Assembly (NCBI GenBank): GCA_042408665.1
Contig: JBHOQW010000106.1
Coordinates: 8,868 to 72,867, forward strand
Direction of reading: 5' to 3'
DNA length: 64,000 bases
Source of the DNA: Dehalococcoidia bacterium
Lineage (GTDB): Bacteria; Chloroflexota; Dehalococcoidia; CAUJGQ01
The notes beneath the pieces were generated by a model, which was not told where the DNA came from, made no database searches, and was given only the letters and a program-made list of their open reading frames with translations. The stretch's first letter is position 1; every line of letters begins with the position of its first letter. Position numbers and translations under genes: made by a program. Below are positions 10,265 to 22,061 of this stretch, piece by piece.

Positions 10265-10786
10265 TTACGGCAACAGGCTGTGCAGGTCCACCGGCGGCTC
10301 CTCCCGCTCGGCCTCTCCCTTGTCCTTACCGCCGATGTGCACCCCGGATACCCGGTAGAAGTTATATCCGTGGTATTTGCCCTGCCCGGCGATGAGCAGG
10401 TCGTGCTTCTCGTACACCAGGTTTTCCCGTCGGTACTCGCTCATCTCGAAGTCGGGGATGAGCTGGATGGCGTACGTGGGGCACGCCTCCTCGCAGTAGC
10501 CGCAGAAAATACAGCGGGAGAAGTTGATCCGAAACCAGGCCGGATAGCGGCGCCCGTGCTCGTCCTGCGTGGCCTGCAGGGCGATGCAGTCCACCGGACA
10601 GGCTACGGCGCAGAGGTAACAGGCCACGCACCGCTCCCCGCCGTCCGGGTCACGCGTGAGGACGATGCGCCCGCGCCAGCGCGGCGGCAGGTACGGTTTC
10701 TGCTCGGGATACTGCACGGTAACCCGCGGACGGAACGCGTGGAGGAAGACGTCCCACATCGCCCGCAGCACGCTCAACATCTGCAT
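10265..10786 (-). CDS. nuoI: NADH-quinone oxidoreductase subunit I (2x[4Fe-4S])
   Basis: Two ferredoxin-type motifs, [12 protein letters not shown] and [12 protein letters not shown]. Confidence 0.94.
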   Translation of the reverse strand: MQMLSVLRAMWDVFLHAFRPRVTVQYPEQKPYLPPRWRGRIVLTRDPDGGERCVACYLCAVACPVDCIALQATQDEHGRRYPAWFRINFSRCIFCGYCEEACPTYAIQLIPDFEMSEYRRENLVYEKHDLLIAGQGKYHGYNFYRVSGVHIGGKDKGEAEREEPPVDLHSLLP

Positions 10787-10792
10787 CTCCTG

Positions 10793-11746
10793 TTAGCCGA
10801 TCGCCAGCCGCAGCGCGCCGGTAGCCAGCAGGTTGAGCAACGACAGCGGCAGCAGCACCTTCCAGCCAAAGCCCATCAACTGGTCGTAGCGGGGGCGGGG
10901 CAGGGACGCGCGCAGCAGGATGAACAGGACGATGAACACCGCGGCCTTGAGGGCAAACCACATCACGCCCGGCAGCACCGGACCTAACCAGCCGCCGAAG
11001 AACAGCACCGTGATCAAGGACGAAATCAGCGTGATGCCGGCGTACTCCCCCACGAAGAACATGCCGAACTTCATCGCCGAATATTCGACGTGGAAGCCGG
11101 CGATCAGTTCGCTCTCCGCCTCCGGCAGGTCGAAGGGCAAACGGCGCGTCTCGGCGGTGCCGGCGATCAGGAACACGGCAAGGCCGACCGCCTGCGGGAT
11201 GCAGTACCACATCCGCCGCTGCGCCTCCACGATCTCGCGCAGGCTGAACGAGCCGGCCAGCATCACCACCCCGGCCAGCGACAGGCCCATGAACACCTCG
11301 TAGCTGATCATCTGCGCGGCGGACCGCATGCCGCCGAGCAGGGCGTACTTGTTGTTGGAGGCCCACGCCCCCAGCAACACGCTGTACACACCTAGCGAGG
11401 ACATGGCCAGAAAGAAGAGTAGACCGATGTTGAGGTCTACCACCTGAATGTTGGGGGCGAAGGGGATGACCGCGAAGGACAGGAGCACGGTGACCATGAT
11501 CACCGCCGGCGCCAGCGTGAACACCACCCGGTCGGCGAAGGGCGGTACCCAGTCCTCCTTGGCGAACAGCTTGATGGCGTCGGCCAGCGGCTGCAGCAGG
11601 CCGAACGGGCCCACTCGGTTGGGGCCGTAGCGGTCCTGCCACAGGGCCAGCAGCCGTCGCTCCACCCAGATGAGAATCGCGGCGACGTTCAACACCACGA
11701 ACAGCACGCCCGCCACGGTCAGGAGCGACCGGAGCGTCTCGTTCAC
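10793..11746 (-). CDS. nuoH: NADH-quinone oxidoreductase subunit H
   Basis: [33 protein letters not shown] signature in a polytopic protein. 4-nt overlap with the nuoG stop. Confidence 0.94.
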   Translation of the reverse strand: MNETLRSLLTVAGVLFVVLNVAAILIWVERRLLALWQDRYGPNRVGPFGLLQPLADAIKLFAKEDWVPPFADRVVFTLAPAVIMVTVLLSFAVIPFAPNIQVVDLNIGLLFFLAMSSLGVYSVLLGAWASNNKYALLGGMRSAAQMISYEVFMGLSLAGVVMLAGSFSLREIVEAQRRMWYCIPQAVGLAVFLIAGTAETRRLPFDLPEAESELIAGFHVEYSAMKFGMFFVGEYAGITLISSLITVLFFGGWLGPVLPGVMWFALKAAVFIVLFILLRASLPRPRYDQLMGFGWKVLLPLSLLNLLATGALRLAIG

Positions 11747-14475
11747 GGCGCCTCACCGCCTCCCTTGCCCGGCCGGCGCGGCGCGATGCGGCCCCACGCC
11801 GGCAGGGAGATCCCCTCCAAGCCGGGCAGCCCGACGGGCAGCCCCGCCACACCGACAGGCAGACCCGGCATCAGGCGTACCGGCAGCGTATAGCCCGCCC
11901 CCTGAAGCTGGACCGTCGCGTCCGCGTCCTGCCTTACCCCCAGGCGTTCGGCGTCGACGGCGCTCAGGCCCAGATAGGGACGCGGCGCGCGCTCGGCGAT
12001 GCCGGGCGACAGCATGCTGAGCGGCTCCGAGCCGAAGATATGGAAGACGGGCACCACCAGCCACTCGGCGGGACGCGGCCGGAACGGGGCCGGCACCCGC
12101 CCGAAGTACGGCGCCTGCGCGCCCGGGTCCGGCTCGATCAGCCGCCGGCCGGGATCGCCGCCGCGCAGCGGGCCGTCGACCTCCTCCTGGAACCGGTGCA
12201 GTGCTTGGTCGGAGTTCCAGCCCGGCGCCCAGAAGCGGGGGATGAGGGGCGCGGGTGGCTGCCCCTGGAACCCCTCCATTGAGAAGGCGAGGGGGGTATC
12301 GGGGTCGTCAGGCGGCTGCGGCTCATGCACGGTGAGGTGGGCGACGATCGCCGTCCGGCCGCTGAAGCGGGCGTGCTGACGGGCGATGCGCTGGCCGGCG
12401 ATGCGGAAGCCCGCCGGCGGCGCGACCTCCGGTACGACGCGGAAGGCGGGCAGCGCCGCGGCCATCGCCGCCACCACGTCGTCCAGGCTCTGCCAGGGCG
12501 CGTGCTCCCCCAGACCGGCGGTCGCCATCAGGTCGCGCAGCCACCGCCAGCTCTCCTGCACATCACCGCCGGGCACGAAGACCTGATAGAAGCGCTGGGC
12601 ACGCCCCTCGTTGTTCACCAGTGTGCCGTCGCTCTCGGCGAAGGTGCCGGCGGGCAACACCACCTCCGCCTGGGCGGTGGTCGGGCTGGTCAGGTAATCG
12701 ACGGCGATCACGTGGCGGGCGCCCTCGAGGATGGCGGTGGCGGTCTCGGCGTCGGCCCGCCGGTAGAGGTCGTCTTCCAGGACGATGACGGTCTCCGCGC
12801 CGCCTCCCTGCACCGCGGCGCGGGCCTCGCTCAGGCTGCCACCGCCCATCAACGCCAGGCCGAGGCTGTTGCAGTCGGGCACAACGTAGCACAGCGCCGC
12901 GTGCCGACCGCCGCGACACAGGGCCCAGGCCACGTTGGCCGCCGCCTGCACCAAGGCCTCGCTGCCCAGGCTCACACCCGCCACCACCAGCGGGCGCTCC
13001 GCCTCCTGGAGGGCGCCCGCAACGGCGCCGGCCAGATCGCGCTGCTCCTCAGACAGGTCAGACACGAACGGCGCCGCGCCGTCGAGCGCGTGCGCAACGG
13101 CGAAGCCAAGGCGCGCCAGGTCGTCGGGTGCCGCGCGGTCGGTCTGCACGGCCAGGTCATCCAGGTCAGTGGGATAGGGCGTGGCGATGAACAGGGGCCC
13201 GTTCTGGTCCTGGATCAGCTCCCGCGCCGCGGCGTCGTTCCACTCCGGGATGCCCATGCGCTGCACCATCTGCATCGGCCGGCGGCGCACGGACTGGCGC
13301 AGAGCGAGCGCCAACCGCGGTGCCGTGTTCGTCACGTCCTCACCCAGCACGAGCACGGCGTCGCACTGCTCCACGTCGTGGAGGGACGGGGCGCGGGCCG
13401 GGCCCGCGCGCAGGGCCGCGAGCACGGTAGCAAGCAGGCGGTGCTCAGCGTCCGACACGCCCAGGTAGAAGCGCTCCGGCCCAACGAGGGTGCGCAGGGC
13501 GAAGTTCGCTTCCAGCGAGGCGCGGGGCGAGCCGATTCCGATGGCCCGCCCATCGGCCACCAGGGCAGCCGCGCGTCGCAGGGCCTCCTCCTTGCCGACG
13601 GGCTCCAGCCGCTCCTCCCGACGAGCAAGGGGCCAACGGATCCGTCGCTCGCTGTTCACGAACTCGTAGCCGTAGCGGCCGCGGTCGCAGAGGAAGTAGC
13701 GGTTGACGGCGCCGTTGTAGCGGTTGCGGATGCGGCGCAGTTCGCCGTACCGCTCGCCCGGGATGGTGTTGCAGCCCAGCCCGCAGTGGATGCAGATGGA
13801 CGGAGCGGTTTGCAGGTCCCACTTGCGTGTGTAGCGCTGCGCCAGCGTCCGGTCGTCGAACACGCCGGTGGGGCAGACCTCCACCAAGTTGCCGCTGAAG
13901 GGGCTCTCCAAGGGGCCGTCCTCCTTGCGACCGAAGTAGACGTGGTCGCGGATGCCGTGGGCATCGAAGTCGCGTCCGCCGGCGTAGTCGCGGTAAAAAC
14001 GGACGCAGCGGTAGCACTGGATGCAGCGGTTCATCTCGTGCGTGAGGAAGGGGCCAAGGTCCTGATTACGCCACGTGCGCTTGGTGCCGCCGTAGCGGCG
14101 GTAGACGTGACCCGTCATGACGGTCATATCCTGCAAGTGGCACTCGCTTCCCTCATCGCAGACCGGGCAGTCGTGCGGGTGGCTGAGCATCAGCCACTCG
14201 ATCACGCTGGCCCGAAAGGCACGCGCCTCCGGGTCCTCGACGGCGATGCGCGTGCCGTCCGTGGCGGGCGTCATGCAGGCCATCACGATGCGGCCGCGGG
14301 TGTCCTGCGCGTCGCGAAACTGCTTGACGGCGCACTGGCGGCAGGCGCCCACCGAGCCCATGGCCGGGTGCCAGCAGAAGAAGGGCAGGTTGAGGCCGAG
14401 CGACAGGCAGGCGTGCAGCAGGTTGGTGCCGTCGCTCACCTCATAGGACCGGCCGTCGACGATGATCGTGGCCAT
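11743..14475 (-). CDS. nuoG: NADH-quinone oxidoreductase subunit G (long, about 910-aa form)
   Basis: N-terminal 2Fe-2S/4Fe-4S motifs ([41 protein letters not shown]) followed by a molybdopterin-oxidoreductase-like domain. Confidence 0.92.
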   Translation of the reverse strand: MATIIVDGRSYEVSDGTNLLHACLSLGLNLPFFCWHPAMGSVGACRQCAVKQFRDAQDTRGRIVMACMTPATDGTRIAVEDPEARAFRASVIEWLMLSHPHDCPVCDEGSECHLQDMTVMTGHVYRRYGGTKRTWRNQDLGPFLTHEMNRCIQCYRCVRFYRDYAGGRDFDAHGIRDHVYFGRKEDGPLESPFSGNLVEVCPTGVFDDRTLAQRYTRKWDLQTAPSICIHCGLGCNTIPGERYGELRRIRNRYNGAVNRYFLCDRGRYGYEFVNSERRIRWPLARREERLEPVGKEEALRRAAALVADGRAIGIGSPRASLEANFALRTLVGPERFYLGVSDAEHRLLATVLAALRAGPARAPSLHDVEQCDAVLVLGEDVTNTAPRLALALRQSVRRRPMQMVQRMGIPEWNDAAARELIQDQNGPLFIATPYPTDLDDLAVQTDRAAPDDLARLGFAVAHALDGAAPFVSDLSEEQRDLAGAVAGALQEAERPLVVAGVSLGSEALVQAAANVAWALCRGGRHAALCYVVPDCNSLGLALMGGGSLSEARAAVQGGGAETVIVLEDDLYRRADAETATAILEGARHVIAVDYLTSPTTAQAEVVLPAGTFAESDGTLVNNEGRAQRFYQVFVPGGDVQESWRWLRDLMATAGLGEHAPWQSLDDVVAAMAAALPAFRVVPEVAPPAGFRIAGQRIARQHARFSGRTAIVAHLTVHEPQPPDDPDTPLAFSMEGFQGQPPAPLIPRFWAPGWNSDQALHRFQEEVDGPLRGGDPGRRLIEPDPGAQAPYFGRVPAPFRPRPAEWLVVPVFHIFGSEPLSMLSPGIAERAPRPYLGLSAVDAERLGVRQDADATVQLQGAGYTLPVRLMPGLPVGVAGLPVGLPGLEGISLPAWGRIAPRRPGKGGGEAP

Positions 14476-14478
14476 CGC

Positions 14479-15759
14479 CTATCTCCATGGACAGCGCCGC
14501 TCGCGGATATGGCGCTTGAAGTCCTCGCGGAAGTACCTGAGCGCGCTCTGCAACGGTTCCGCGGCACCCGGCGCGAGGGCGCAGAAGGTGTTGCCCGGCC
14601 CCAGCAGCCGGGCGTGCGCCTCCAACCGCTCCAGGTCCGCGGGCGCACCCCGGCCCGCCTCAAGGTCCGCCAGGATGCGCTCCACCCAGCGCAGGCCGGC
14701 CCAGCAGGGGGTGCACCAACCGCACGACTCCTGGGCGAAGAAGCGCTCTAGGTTGTGCACCATGCCGACCGGGCAGGTCTGGTCGTCCAGCACGATCATG
14801 GTGCCGGTGCCCAGGCGGCTGCCGGCTCGCTGCACGGAGTCGAAATCCATCGGCACGTCCAGGTGCTCCGCGACGAGGAAATCGGTGGAGGCGCCGCCCG
14901 GCAGCAGGCCGCGCAAGCGCACCCCGTCGCGCATCCCGCCGGCGTGCTCTTCCAGGATCTCCCGGATCGTGGTGCCCATGGGTAGCTCCCACAGGCCAGG
15001 GCGCCGCACCTTCCCGCTCACCCCGTACAGCTTCGTGCCGCCGTCGCTGCTGTGGCTCAGCCCCTTGTACCAGTCCACCCCATGGGTCACGATGTGCGGG
15101 ACGTTGCACAGGGTTTCGACGTTGTTGACGATGGTGGGCTTGCCCCACAGGCCGCTGACCTGCGGATAGGGCGGCCGCGCACGCGGGTTGGCGCGCTTGC
15201 CTTCCAGGGCGTTGAGGAGCGCGGTCTCCTCGCCGCAGATGTAGCGACCGACGCTCGGGTGTAGGTACAGCTCGAAGTCGTAGCCGGAGCCGAGAATGTC
15301 GCGGCCCAGGTAGCCGCCCGCGTACGCCTCGGACAGCGCCCGCCGCAGGCGCCGCGCCGCCAGGGTGTACTCGCCGCGCAGGAAGATGTAGCCCACCTCG
15401 GCCTGGATGGCGTAGGCGGCGACGATCATCCCCTCGATCACCTGGTGCGGGTCGCCCTCCAAAAGCAGCCGGTCCTTGAACGTGCCGGGCTCCATCTCGT
15501 CGGCGTTGGCCACCAGGTACTTCGGCCGGGGGGCGTCCGCACCCATCGGCACGAAGCCCCATTTCAGGCCGGTGTTGAAGCCGGCGCCGCCACGGCCGCG
15601 CAGATTGGCGTCTCGGACCGTAGCCTGCACGTCCTGGGGTGTCATCTCACGCAGCGCCTTGCGGACCGCCTCGTAGCCGCCCGCCCGTTCGTACTCGCGC
15701 AGGTCCGGCGGCTCACGCCCCGGCCGGATCCGCCCCGCCAGCGGCTGGTCGTTCGGCAT
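14479..15759 (-). CDS. nuoF: NADH-quinone oxidoreductase subunit F
   Basis: Motifs GRGGAGFNTGLKW, YICGEETALLNALEG and ESCGWCTPCWAG. Sits between nuoE and nuoG. Confidence 0.95.
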   Translation of the reverse strand: MPNDQPLAGRIRPGREPPDLREYERAGGYEAVRKALREMTPQDVQATVRDANLRGRGGAGFNTGLKWGFVPMGADAPRPKYLVANADEMEPGTFKDRLLLEGDPHQVIEGMIVAAYAIQAEVGYIFLRGEYTLAARRLRRALSEAYAGGYLGRDILGSGYDFELYLHPSVGRYICGEETALLNALEGKRANPRARPPYPQVSGLWGKPTIVNNVETLCNVPHIVTHGVDWYKGLSHSSDGGTKLYGVSGKVRRPGLWELPMGTTIREILEEHAGGMRDGVRLRGLLPGGASTDFLVAEHLDVPMDFDSVQRAGSRLGTGTMIVLDDQTCPVGMVHNLERFFAQESCGWCTPCWAGLRWVERILADLEAGRGAPADLERLEAHARLLGPGNTFCALAPGAAEPLQSALRYFREDFKRHIRERRCPWR

Positions 15760-15765
15760 GGCTGC

Positions 15766-16233
15766 CTACGCGTACCTCCCCAGGATGTCCTCGAGCTTCC
15801 CCTCGGCCAGGAGGTCTCCATGCAGGTCCTCGTCCACCATCATCACCGGGGCCTGGTCGCAGGCCCCCAGGCAGACGATGGGCAGGAGGGTGAAACGCCC
15901 GTCGGGGGTAGTAGCGCCGAAGTCGATGCCCAGGTGACCCGTGAGCCGCTCGTGCACCCGCTCGTATCCCATGATCCAGCAGCTCACGCTGTCGCAGAGC
16001 AGGATCACATGCCGCCCGACGGGCTGCCGGAAGATGAGGTTATAAAACGTGGCCACGCCCTCCAGCTCGTGCGGCGTCATTCCCAGGAACGCGGCGATGT
16101 CCTGGAGCGCCTCGTCGGAGAGCCAGCCGCGGTGGCGCTGGACGATCCGCATCGCGTCGATGCAGACGGCCCGCCGGGTGGCGTAGCGCGGCAGCTCCTC
16201 CTCGATCTCCCGCCGTTCTTCCTCGGTCAGCAT
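15766..16233 (-). CDS. nuoE: NADH-quinone oxidoreductase subunit E (2Fe-2S)
   Basis: 155-aa thioredoxin-like ferredoxin with LLCDSVSC...CLGACDQAP. Confidence 0.92.
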   Translation of the reverse strand: MLTEEERREIEEELPRYATRRAVCIDAMRIVQRHRGWLSDEALQDIAAFLGMTPHELEGVATFYNLIFRQPVGRHVILLCDSVSCWIMGYERVHERLTGHLGIDFGATTPDGRFTLLPIVCLGACDQAPVMMVDEDLHGDLLAEGKLEDILGRYA

Positions 16234-16254
16234 CGCCCTGGCCCGCCCTCCCCC

Positions 16255-18057
16255 TCACCGATCGCAGTCGCCCAGCACGTAGTCCATGCTGCCCAGGATG
16301 GCCAGCAGGTCGGGGACCAGCAGGCCACGGCTGATGAGCGGCAGCGTCTGCAGGTGCGCGAACGACGGCGTGCGGATGCGGACGCGGTACGGGATCGTGC
16401 CGCCGTCGCTGATCAGGTAGTAGGTGTTGTTGCCCTTCGTCCCCTCGACACCGACCGCCGCCTCACCGGGCGGGATCACCGGCCCGTAGCTCACGTTAAG
16501 GAAGTGGGTGATCAGCGTTTCAATGTCGTGCATGGTGCGCTCTTTCAGCGGCGGCGTGGTCAGCGGATGGGTGGACTTGTACGGCCCGCCCGGCATGTGG
16601 TCCACACACTGGCGGATGATGCGCAGGCTCTGGCGCATCTCCTCGACGCGGACGAGGGCGCGGTCGTAGCAATCGCCGTGCGTCGCCGTCGGCACCTCGA
16701 AGTCGAACTGGTCGTAGCCGCCGTACGGCCGCTGCTTGCGCCAGTCCCAGCGGAAGCCGCAGGCGCGCAGGTTGGGGCCGGTGACGCCCCACTCGATGGC
16801 TTGGTCGAGGCTGTAAACACCGATGCCCTTGGTGCGCGCCTGGAACAGGCGGTTCTTCAGCACGATGTCGTCATACTCGCGCAGGCGTCGCGGCAGGTAC
16901 TCGAGGACATCGCGCACCAGGCTGTCCCAGCCCTCGGGCAGGTCCATCGCCACCCCGCCGATGCGGAACCAGGAAGGATGCATGCGGAAGCCGCAGATCG
17001 CCTCGATGATGGAGAGCACCTTTTCGCGGTCCTCAAAGGTGTAAAACACCGTGGAAAGCTGCCCCACGTCCTGGGCGTAGGTGCCGTACCACACCAGGTG
17101 GCTGTAGATGCGGAACAGCTCGGCTAGCATGATGCGGATCACCTTCGCCCGGTCCGGCACCTCGATGCCGGCCAGCGTCTCCACGGCCAGGACGTACGGG
17201 AAGTTATTCATCACGCCGCCCAGGTAATCGACCCGGTCGGTGTACGGGATGTAGGTGTGCCAGGACTGGCGCTCGCCCATCTTCTCGGCGCCGCGGTGGT
17301 GGTAGCCGATATCGGGCACCGCGTCCACGATCTGCTCGCCGTCGAGCTGGAGCACGATGCGGAAGGGGCCGTGGGTGCCCGGGTGCTGCGGGCCGAGGTT
17401 GAGGAACATGAAGTCCGTGTCCTCGCCCTGCCGCTGCATCCCCCATTCTTCGGGCCGGAACGCCAGCGACTCCAGTTCCTCGGCCAGCTCCTCCGGTGAC
17501 AGCCAGTTGCCGCCGAACTCGGTGGCGCGAGCGGGGTGGTCTTTGCGCAGGGGATGGCCCTGCCAGTTCGGCGGCATCAGGATGCGGGTCAGGTGCGGGT
17601 GCCCCTCGAACCGGATGCCGAACATGTCCCACACTTCGCGCTCGTACCAGTTGGCGGCCGGCCAGATGTCCGTGATGCTGCGCAGGGCGGCCCGCTCGCC
17701 TTTGAGGGCGACCTTGAGGCGCACGTCCGCGTTGCGCTCGTACGAGAGCAGATGATAGACGACGGTGAAGTCGCCGTCCGGTTGGCCCTGGCGGTTGGCG
17801 CGCACGCGCTCGTCGATGGCGGTGAGGTCGTAGAGGGTGCGATAGGGGCGCTCCGCCTCCTGCTTGAGGTAGCGCAGCACATCACGTACCCGCTCGACCG
17901 GCACCCACAGCGTGGGGATGCCATCACGCGTGGGCTGGACGGTGAAGCTCTCCGGCCCGAACCGGCGCTCCAGCTCGGGGACGATGCCAGAGGGGTCATC
18001 CATCGGTCGCGTCTCCCCGGCGCGAGCCGGGGCTGAGGGTGGTGCTCGGTCAGACAT
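16255..18057 (-). CDS. nuoCD: fused NADH-quinone oxidoreductase subunit C/D
   Basis: 600-aa single ORF. The N-terminal half is NuoC-like ([11 protein letters not shown]...[14 protein letters not shown]). The C-terminal half is NuoD ([15 protein letters not shown]...DRxY...). No stop separates the two halves. Confidence 0.92.
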   Translation of the reverse strand: MSDRAPPSAPARAGETRPMDDPSGIVPELERRFGPESFTVQPTRDGIPTLWVPVERVRDVLRYLKQEAERPYRTLYDLTAIDERVRANRQGQPDGDFTVVYHLLSYERNADVRLKVALKGERAALRSITDIWPAANWYEREVWDMFGIRFEGHPHLTRILMPPNWQGHPLRKDHPARATEFGGNWLSPEELAEELESLAFRPEEWGMQRQGEDTDFMFLNLGPQHPGTHGPFRIVLQLDGEQIVDAVPDIGYHHRGAEKMGERQSWHTYIPYTDRVDYLGGVMNNFPYVLAVETLAGIEVPDRAKVIRIMLAELFRIYSHLVWYGTYAQDVGQLSTVFYTFEDREKVLSIIEAICGFRMHPSWFRIGGVAMDLPEGWDSLVRDVLEYLPRRLREYDDIVLKNRLFQARTKGIGVYSLDQAIEWGVTGPNLRACGFRWDWRKQRPYGGYDQFDFEVPTATHGDCYDRALVRVEEMRQSLRIIRQCVDHMPGGPYKSTHPLTTPPLKERTMHDIETLITHFLNVSYGPVIPPGEAAVGVEGTKGNNTYYLISDGGTIPYRVRIRTPSFAHLQTLPLISRGLLVPDLLAILGSMDYVLGDCDR

Positions 18058-18700
18058 GGTCGGGCGGTCGGATTTCGGTCATTTTTCTGCGCTCGTCCCG
18101 TTTCAGGTCGCGCAGGGACGGCAGGGGCGGCCGTTCTATCCCCTGCGGACCGACGACCCAGCTCAGGGGCCGCTTCTCGCTGCCCACGGCGCGCTGCAGG
18201 AGGAGCAGGCCCTCCATGAGCATCTCGGGGCGCGGCGGGCAGCCCGGCACATAGACGTCCACCGGCAGGATCTTGTCCACGCCCTGGACGACGCTGTAGA
18301 TGTCGTACATCCCGCCGGAGTTGGCGCACGAGCCCATCGAGATCACCCAGCGCGGCTCCATCATCTGCTCGTACAGCCGCCTGATCACCGGCGCCATGCG
18401 AATGAACACCGTGCCAGCGACCACCATCACGTCCGCCTCGCGCGGCGTACCGCGGATCACCTCGGCGCCGAACCGGGCCAGGTCAAACCGCGGGGTGATG
18501 GTCGTCGCCATCTCCACGTAGCAACAGGACAGGCCGAAGTTGAACGGCCACAGCGAGTTCTTGCGCCCCCAGGCCAGCAGGTCCTGTAGGCGGGACAGCA
18601 GCACGATGCGGCGCACCGCGTCCTCTGTGTCCTCCTCGGCCGCCCGCGCCCGCGTGGACGGCATCGACCTGCTCAGCCACCAGCGCATACCGAAAGCCAT
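18050..18700 (-). CDS. nuoB: NADH-quinone oxidoreductase subunit B
   Basis: Motifs [24 protein letters not shown] and VPGCPPRPE (N2 cluster ligands). Confidence 0.94.
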   Translation of the reverse strand: MAFGMRWWLSRSMPSTRARAAEEDTEDAVRRIVLLSRLQDLLAWGRKNSLWPFNFGLSCCYVEMATTITPRFDLARFGAEVIRGTPREADVMVVAGTVFIRMAPVIRRLYEQMMEPRWVISMGSCANSGGMYDIYSVVQGVDKILPVDVYVPGCPPRPEMLMEGLLLLQRAVGSEKRPLSWVVGPQGIERPPLPSLRDLKRDERRKMTEIRPPDHV

Positions 18701-18705
18701 CCCTC

Positions 18706-19170
18706 CTATCGACGCCGGTCGCGGACGGGCCGTCCGCTCGTGCCCCAGTCGAGCGCCCCCAACCGCCAGAGGTAGAAGAGCGCCACGAGCAGCACCCCCA
18801 TGAACACCAGCATGTCGATGTAGCCTGTCCAGCCGGCCGGGCGCAGCGCCACCGCCCAGGCGAGGATGAAGGCGGCTTCCAGGTCGAAGACAACGAAGAA
18901 CATCGCCACCAGGTAGAACTTGGCGTTGAGCCGCAACCGGGCGGAGCCCGTCGGCACCATGCCCGATTCGTAGGGCTCACCTGTGGCCCGCTCGCGGTGG
19001 CGCTGGCCGAGGAGAAACGACGCCACCAGCATGCCGGCCACGACGACGAGCACCGCGGCGGCGTACACGACAAACGGCCAGAGCGGGCTACTTGGCACGG
19101 TGGACACGTCCGGGCGGATTGCGAGGTCGATCTCCACCGAACAGGGACCCCGTCGCCCCGTCGATGCCAT
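18706..19170 (-). CDS. nuoA: NADH-quinone oxidoreductase subunit A (start uncertain)
   Basis: ORF 18706..19374. NuoA core: [27 protein letters not shown]...PYESG...[11 protein letters not shown]. Candidate starts are ATG 19170 and GTG 19107. Confidence 0.8.
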   Translation of the reverse strand: MASTGRRGPCSVEIDLAIRPDVSTVPSSPLWPFVVYAAAVLVVVAGMLVASFLLGQRHRERATGEPYESGMVPTGSARLRLNAKFYLVAMFFVVFDLEAAFILAWAVALRPAGWTGYIDMLVFMGVLLVALFYLWRLGALDWGTSGRPVRDRRR

Positions 19171-19315
19171 GGCAGGCGACACACCGTGTCGCGGCGGTAC
19201 TCGCCCCGATGTACTGTCGCACACCGGCGGCGTCCGAGGTTCAGCCGTTCGGGGGATGGTGGCAACGGCCGGCCGGGCGTACAGTGGGCGTTTGTGGACG
19301 GCCGGCACACAGATA

Positions 19316-19354
19316 CCGCCCCGCCCGCTCCCAACCGTGGGGCAGGCGGGGCGG
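19316..19354 (-). terminator. GC hairpin after the alpha/beta-hydrolase gene, upstream of nuoA
   Basis: 10-bp stem CCGCCCCGCC/GGCGGGGCGG (19345-19354 with 19316-19325) followed on the minus strand by TATCTGTGTG. The U-tract is poor. Confidence 0.35.
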
Positions 19355-19382
19355 CAGCGGACGCCGCCTGGCACGCCTTCGC

Positions 19383-20216
19383 TCAGGCGGTGACGGTGGC
19401 CGGCTCGCCCAGGAAGGCCAGCAGGGCGGCGTTGACCTCCTGCGGGTACTCGATGGGCATGCCGTGGCCGCCGCGCTCTAGGATCTGCAGGCGCGCGCCC
19501 GGGATGCGCTCCGCCATCGCGCGCGAGTAGGGCGGAGGAGTGAGAATGTCCTCCGCGCCGACCAGCACCAGCGTGGGCGCCGTGATCCCCTGCAGCCGAT
19601 CGAGCGCGTCGCCGAACAGGTGCCGGCGACAGGCTTCGGCCTGTGCCGCCACCCCGGCCGGGGTGGCCGGGTAGGGATCGGCCAGCGTTTGCTGGAGGGC
19701 CACCTCCACCATCTCCGGCCGGGTCATGAAGGCGGGGGTATACAGCCAGGGCATGGTATTGAGGGCAAAGCCGGCGCGATCCAGCGAGCCGGCGTTCACC
19801 AGCTGCGAGGCCTGCTCCATGTACCGTAGCCAGGCGTCGGCGTAGGGATGGGCGCGGGCCAGCGAGGCGAGCAGCACCAGGCGGTTGACCTTCTGCGGGT
19901 AGGCAAGGGCCAGTTCCTGCGCGATCATGCCGCCCATCGACCAGCCAACGACGTGGGCGCGGGCGATGCCAAGGTGGTCGAGCAGACCGGCGGCGTCGTC
20001 CGCCATCTGGCGGGTGGTGTAGGGGCCGGGTGGCACGGTGCTGCGCCCCGCGCCGCGGTTATCAAACGTGATCACCCGGTACTTCTGCGCCAGGGCGGGA
20101 ACCTGCATCATCCATAACATGCTGTGCGCGGTGAAGCCCATGATCAGCAACACCGGCTCACCATCGCCCTGTACCTCGTAATAGAGGTCGATCCCGTTTA
20201 CCCGTGCCGTCGGCAT
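19383..20216 (-). CDS. alpha/beta-fold hydrolase
   Basis: 277 aa with VLLIMGF...FDNRGAGRS and nucleophile elbow GWSMGG. Confidence 0.85.
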   Translation of the reverse strand: MPTARVNGIDLYYEVQGDGEPVLLIMGFTAHSMLWMMQVPALAQKYRVITFDNRGAGRSTVPPGPYTTRQMADDAAGLLDHLGIARAHVVGWSMGGMIAQELALAYPQKVNRLVLLASLARAHPYADAWLRYMEQASQLVNAGSLDRAGFALNTMPWLYTPAFMTRPEMVEVALQQTLADPYPATPAGVAAQAEACRRHLFGDALDRLQGITAPTLVLVGAEDILTPPPYSRAMAERIPGARLQILERGGHGMPIEYPQEVNAALLAFLGEPATVTA

Positions 20217-20265
20217 CGTGCCCCTCCTGCCTCACCGACCGCCGCGTCGAGGGCGGTCGCAGTCG

Positions 20266-21582
20266 TCAGCGCGCCGCGCACAAGCGGCGCGTCACCTCAA
20301 ACAGCATCTGACACATCAGCCGCAGGCTGTCCAGGGGGATACGCTCGTTGTGGCCATGCACCGTCTTGGCCAGGTCCGGCTCGTACAGGCCGCCGGAGAA
20401 GCCGTAGGCGATCACACCCCGGTTGCGGAACACGCGGCTGTCGGTGAAGCCCACGGTCATGCCGGGCACCACCACCCCATCCTCCACGTGCTCCCGCACC
20501 ACCTGCTCGATCACCGCGAACAGCTCGTTGTCAAACCCGTTCACCGCCGACAAGCCGGCGAACACCCGCTCTACCCGCACCTTCGGGTCGTCGATCACCC
20601 GCTCCAGCTCGCGCTGGAAATCGTCGGGCTGCACGCCCGGCAGGAGGCGGCAATCCAGCGTGGCCTCAGCTCGCGCCGGGATGACGTTGTGCTTGATGCC
20701 GGCAGCGGTGGTCGTCACGCTGATCGTGTTGGTGAGCTGGGCGCGGATGCGCGGGTCCTCCGCGGCCACTCGGCGCAGCGCCTCCACGCTCGGCTCACCC
20801 TGAAAGACGCCGGCGCGCCGCAGCCGGTCGAAGTATTCGCCCAGCACGGGCGGCACGGTCAGCTCGCGCTGCCAGGTCTGGACCCGGTACAGCGCCCGCA
20901 CCAGCCGCTCCAGCGCGTTGTCCTCGTGCGGCACGGAGGCGTGGCCGGGCCGCCCCTCGGCCACCAGGCGCAGCCACAGCGGCCCCTTCTCGGCAACGGC
21001 CACGGTGAACACCGGCCGCTGCACGCCGAACAGCTCCGTCACCCCCCAGCCGCCCTCGTTGATGACGTACTCCACGTCGAGCGTGTCCGGGTAGTGCGCC
21101 GCCAGCCACTCCGCGCCGTACCGGCCGCCCGCCTCCTCGTCCGCCATGGCGTAGTAGACCAGGTCGCGCTTGAGGGGGATGCCCAGCCGTTTGATGAGAA
21201 GGAAGGTCATGAGTTGGGCCACGCCCAGGCTCTTGGTGTCCAGCGCGCCGCGGCCCCACAGGTAGCCGTCCCGCACCACGCCGCCAAACGGATCTTCCTC
21301 CCAGTAGGCCCGCTCCACGGGTACGACGTCCGTGTGGTGCAGGAGCATGAACGGCCGGGCGCTGCCGTCGCCGGGAAGCACCGCCCGGAGGGACACGCGG
21401 TCATCGCCGGCGTCATACAGCTCGTAACCGATGCCCTCACGGCGCAGGATGGCGCCCAGGAAGTCACACGCCAGCCGCTCGCGTCCCGGCGGGTTGGACG
21501 TGTCAATGCGGATATACCGGGCGAGCGTGTCGATCGCTTCCTCGTGCACCGCGTCCCAGTCGACGACGGGGGCACCGGGCAT
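20266..21582 (-). CDS. M20/M25/M40 family metallopeptidase
   Basis: 438 aa with LLHHTDVVP...WGRGALDTK...ADEEAGG metal-ligand pattern. Confidence 0.88.
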   Translation of the reverse strand: MPGAPVVDWDAVHEEAIDTLARYIRIDTSNPPGRERLACDFLGAILRREGIGYELYDAGDDRVSLRAVLPGDGSARPFMLLHHTDVVPVERAYWEEDPFGGVVRDGYLWGRGALDTKSLGVAQLMTFLLIKRLGIPLKRDLVYYAMADEEAGGRYGAEWLAAHYPDTLDVEYVINEGGWGVTELFGVQRPVFTVAVAEKGPLWLRLVAEGRPGHASVPHEDNALERLVRALYRVQTWQRELTVPPVLGEYFDRLRRAGVFQGEPSVEALRRVAAEDPRIRAQLTNTISVTTTAAGIKHNVIPARAEATLDCRLLPGVQPDDFQRELERVIDDPKVRVERVFAGLSAVNGFDNELFAVIEQVVREHVEDGVVVPGMTVGFTDSRVFRNRGVIAYGFSGGLYEPDLAKTVHGHNERIPLDSLRLMCQMLFEVTRRLCAAR

Positions 21583-21593
21583 GGCGTTCCTCC

Positions 21594-22061
21594 TCAGCTC
21601 TTTCCGGTTTGCGGTGGGGTCCCGTGCGGCTCGGCCGGTTCGGCCCAGCTGGTGCGGGTGACCCCGTCTCGCGCGGCCCGCACCTGCACGGTATGCTCGT
21701 GGTCATGGGCGGCGATGGCGCGAAGCAGGCGGCGCGGGGTCCAGTCCGGCACACCGCTAAGCAGGCCGGCCTGATCGAGCCGCGCCGGCGGCACGGCGCG
21801 CGCCAGGGCGAGCGTCTCCTCCCGCAGCCGCGACCAGACGGCCAACAGACGTGCCAGCGCCACGGCGCGATCGGGGGCCGTCGCCTCGCACAGCTTGGCG
21901 AGGTACCAGCGCTCGATGTCCAGCAGGTGATAGGCGACCTCCCAGGCGGACCAGCCGCCGTCCCGCGGCCTTCGGTCCAGCTCGGCCTCGGTGATGTGCG
22001 CATACGCGGCCAGGACCGCCGCCCGGCCGGCTACCAACGCTTCGTGCAGGTCATGGTCCAT
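21594..22061 (-). CDS. DinB-family (four-helix bundle, His-triad) protein
   Basis: ORF 21594..22244 trimmed to ATG 22061. Motifs GGWSAWEVAYHLLDIE...HDHEHTVQV. Confidence 0.78.
   Translation of the reverse strand: MDHDLHEALVAGRAAVLAAYAHITEAELDRRPRDGGWSAWEVAYHLLDIERWYLAKLCEATAPDRAVALARLLAVWSRLREETLALARAVPPARLDQAGLLSGVPDWTPRRLLRAIAAHDHEHTVQVRAARDGVTRTSWAEPAEPHGTPPQTGKS

Noticed and set aside
12325-14751. 808-aa plus-strand ORF spanning most of nuoG and part of nuoF in antisense.
   Set aside because: Same reasoning as above. nuoG and nuoF on the minus strand carry intact Fe-S and FMN motifs. The antisense translation has no recognisable domain.
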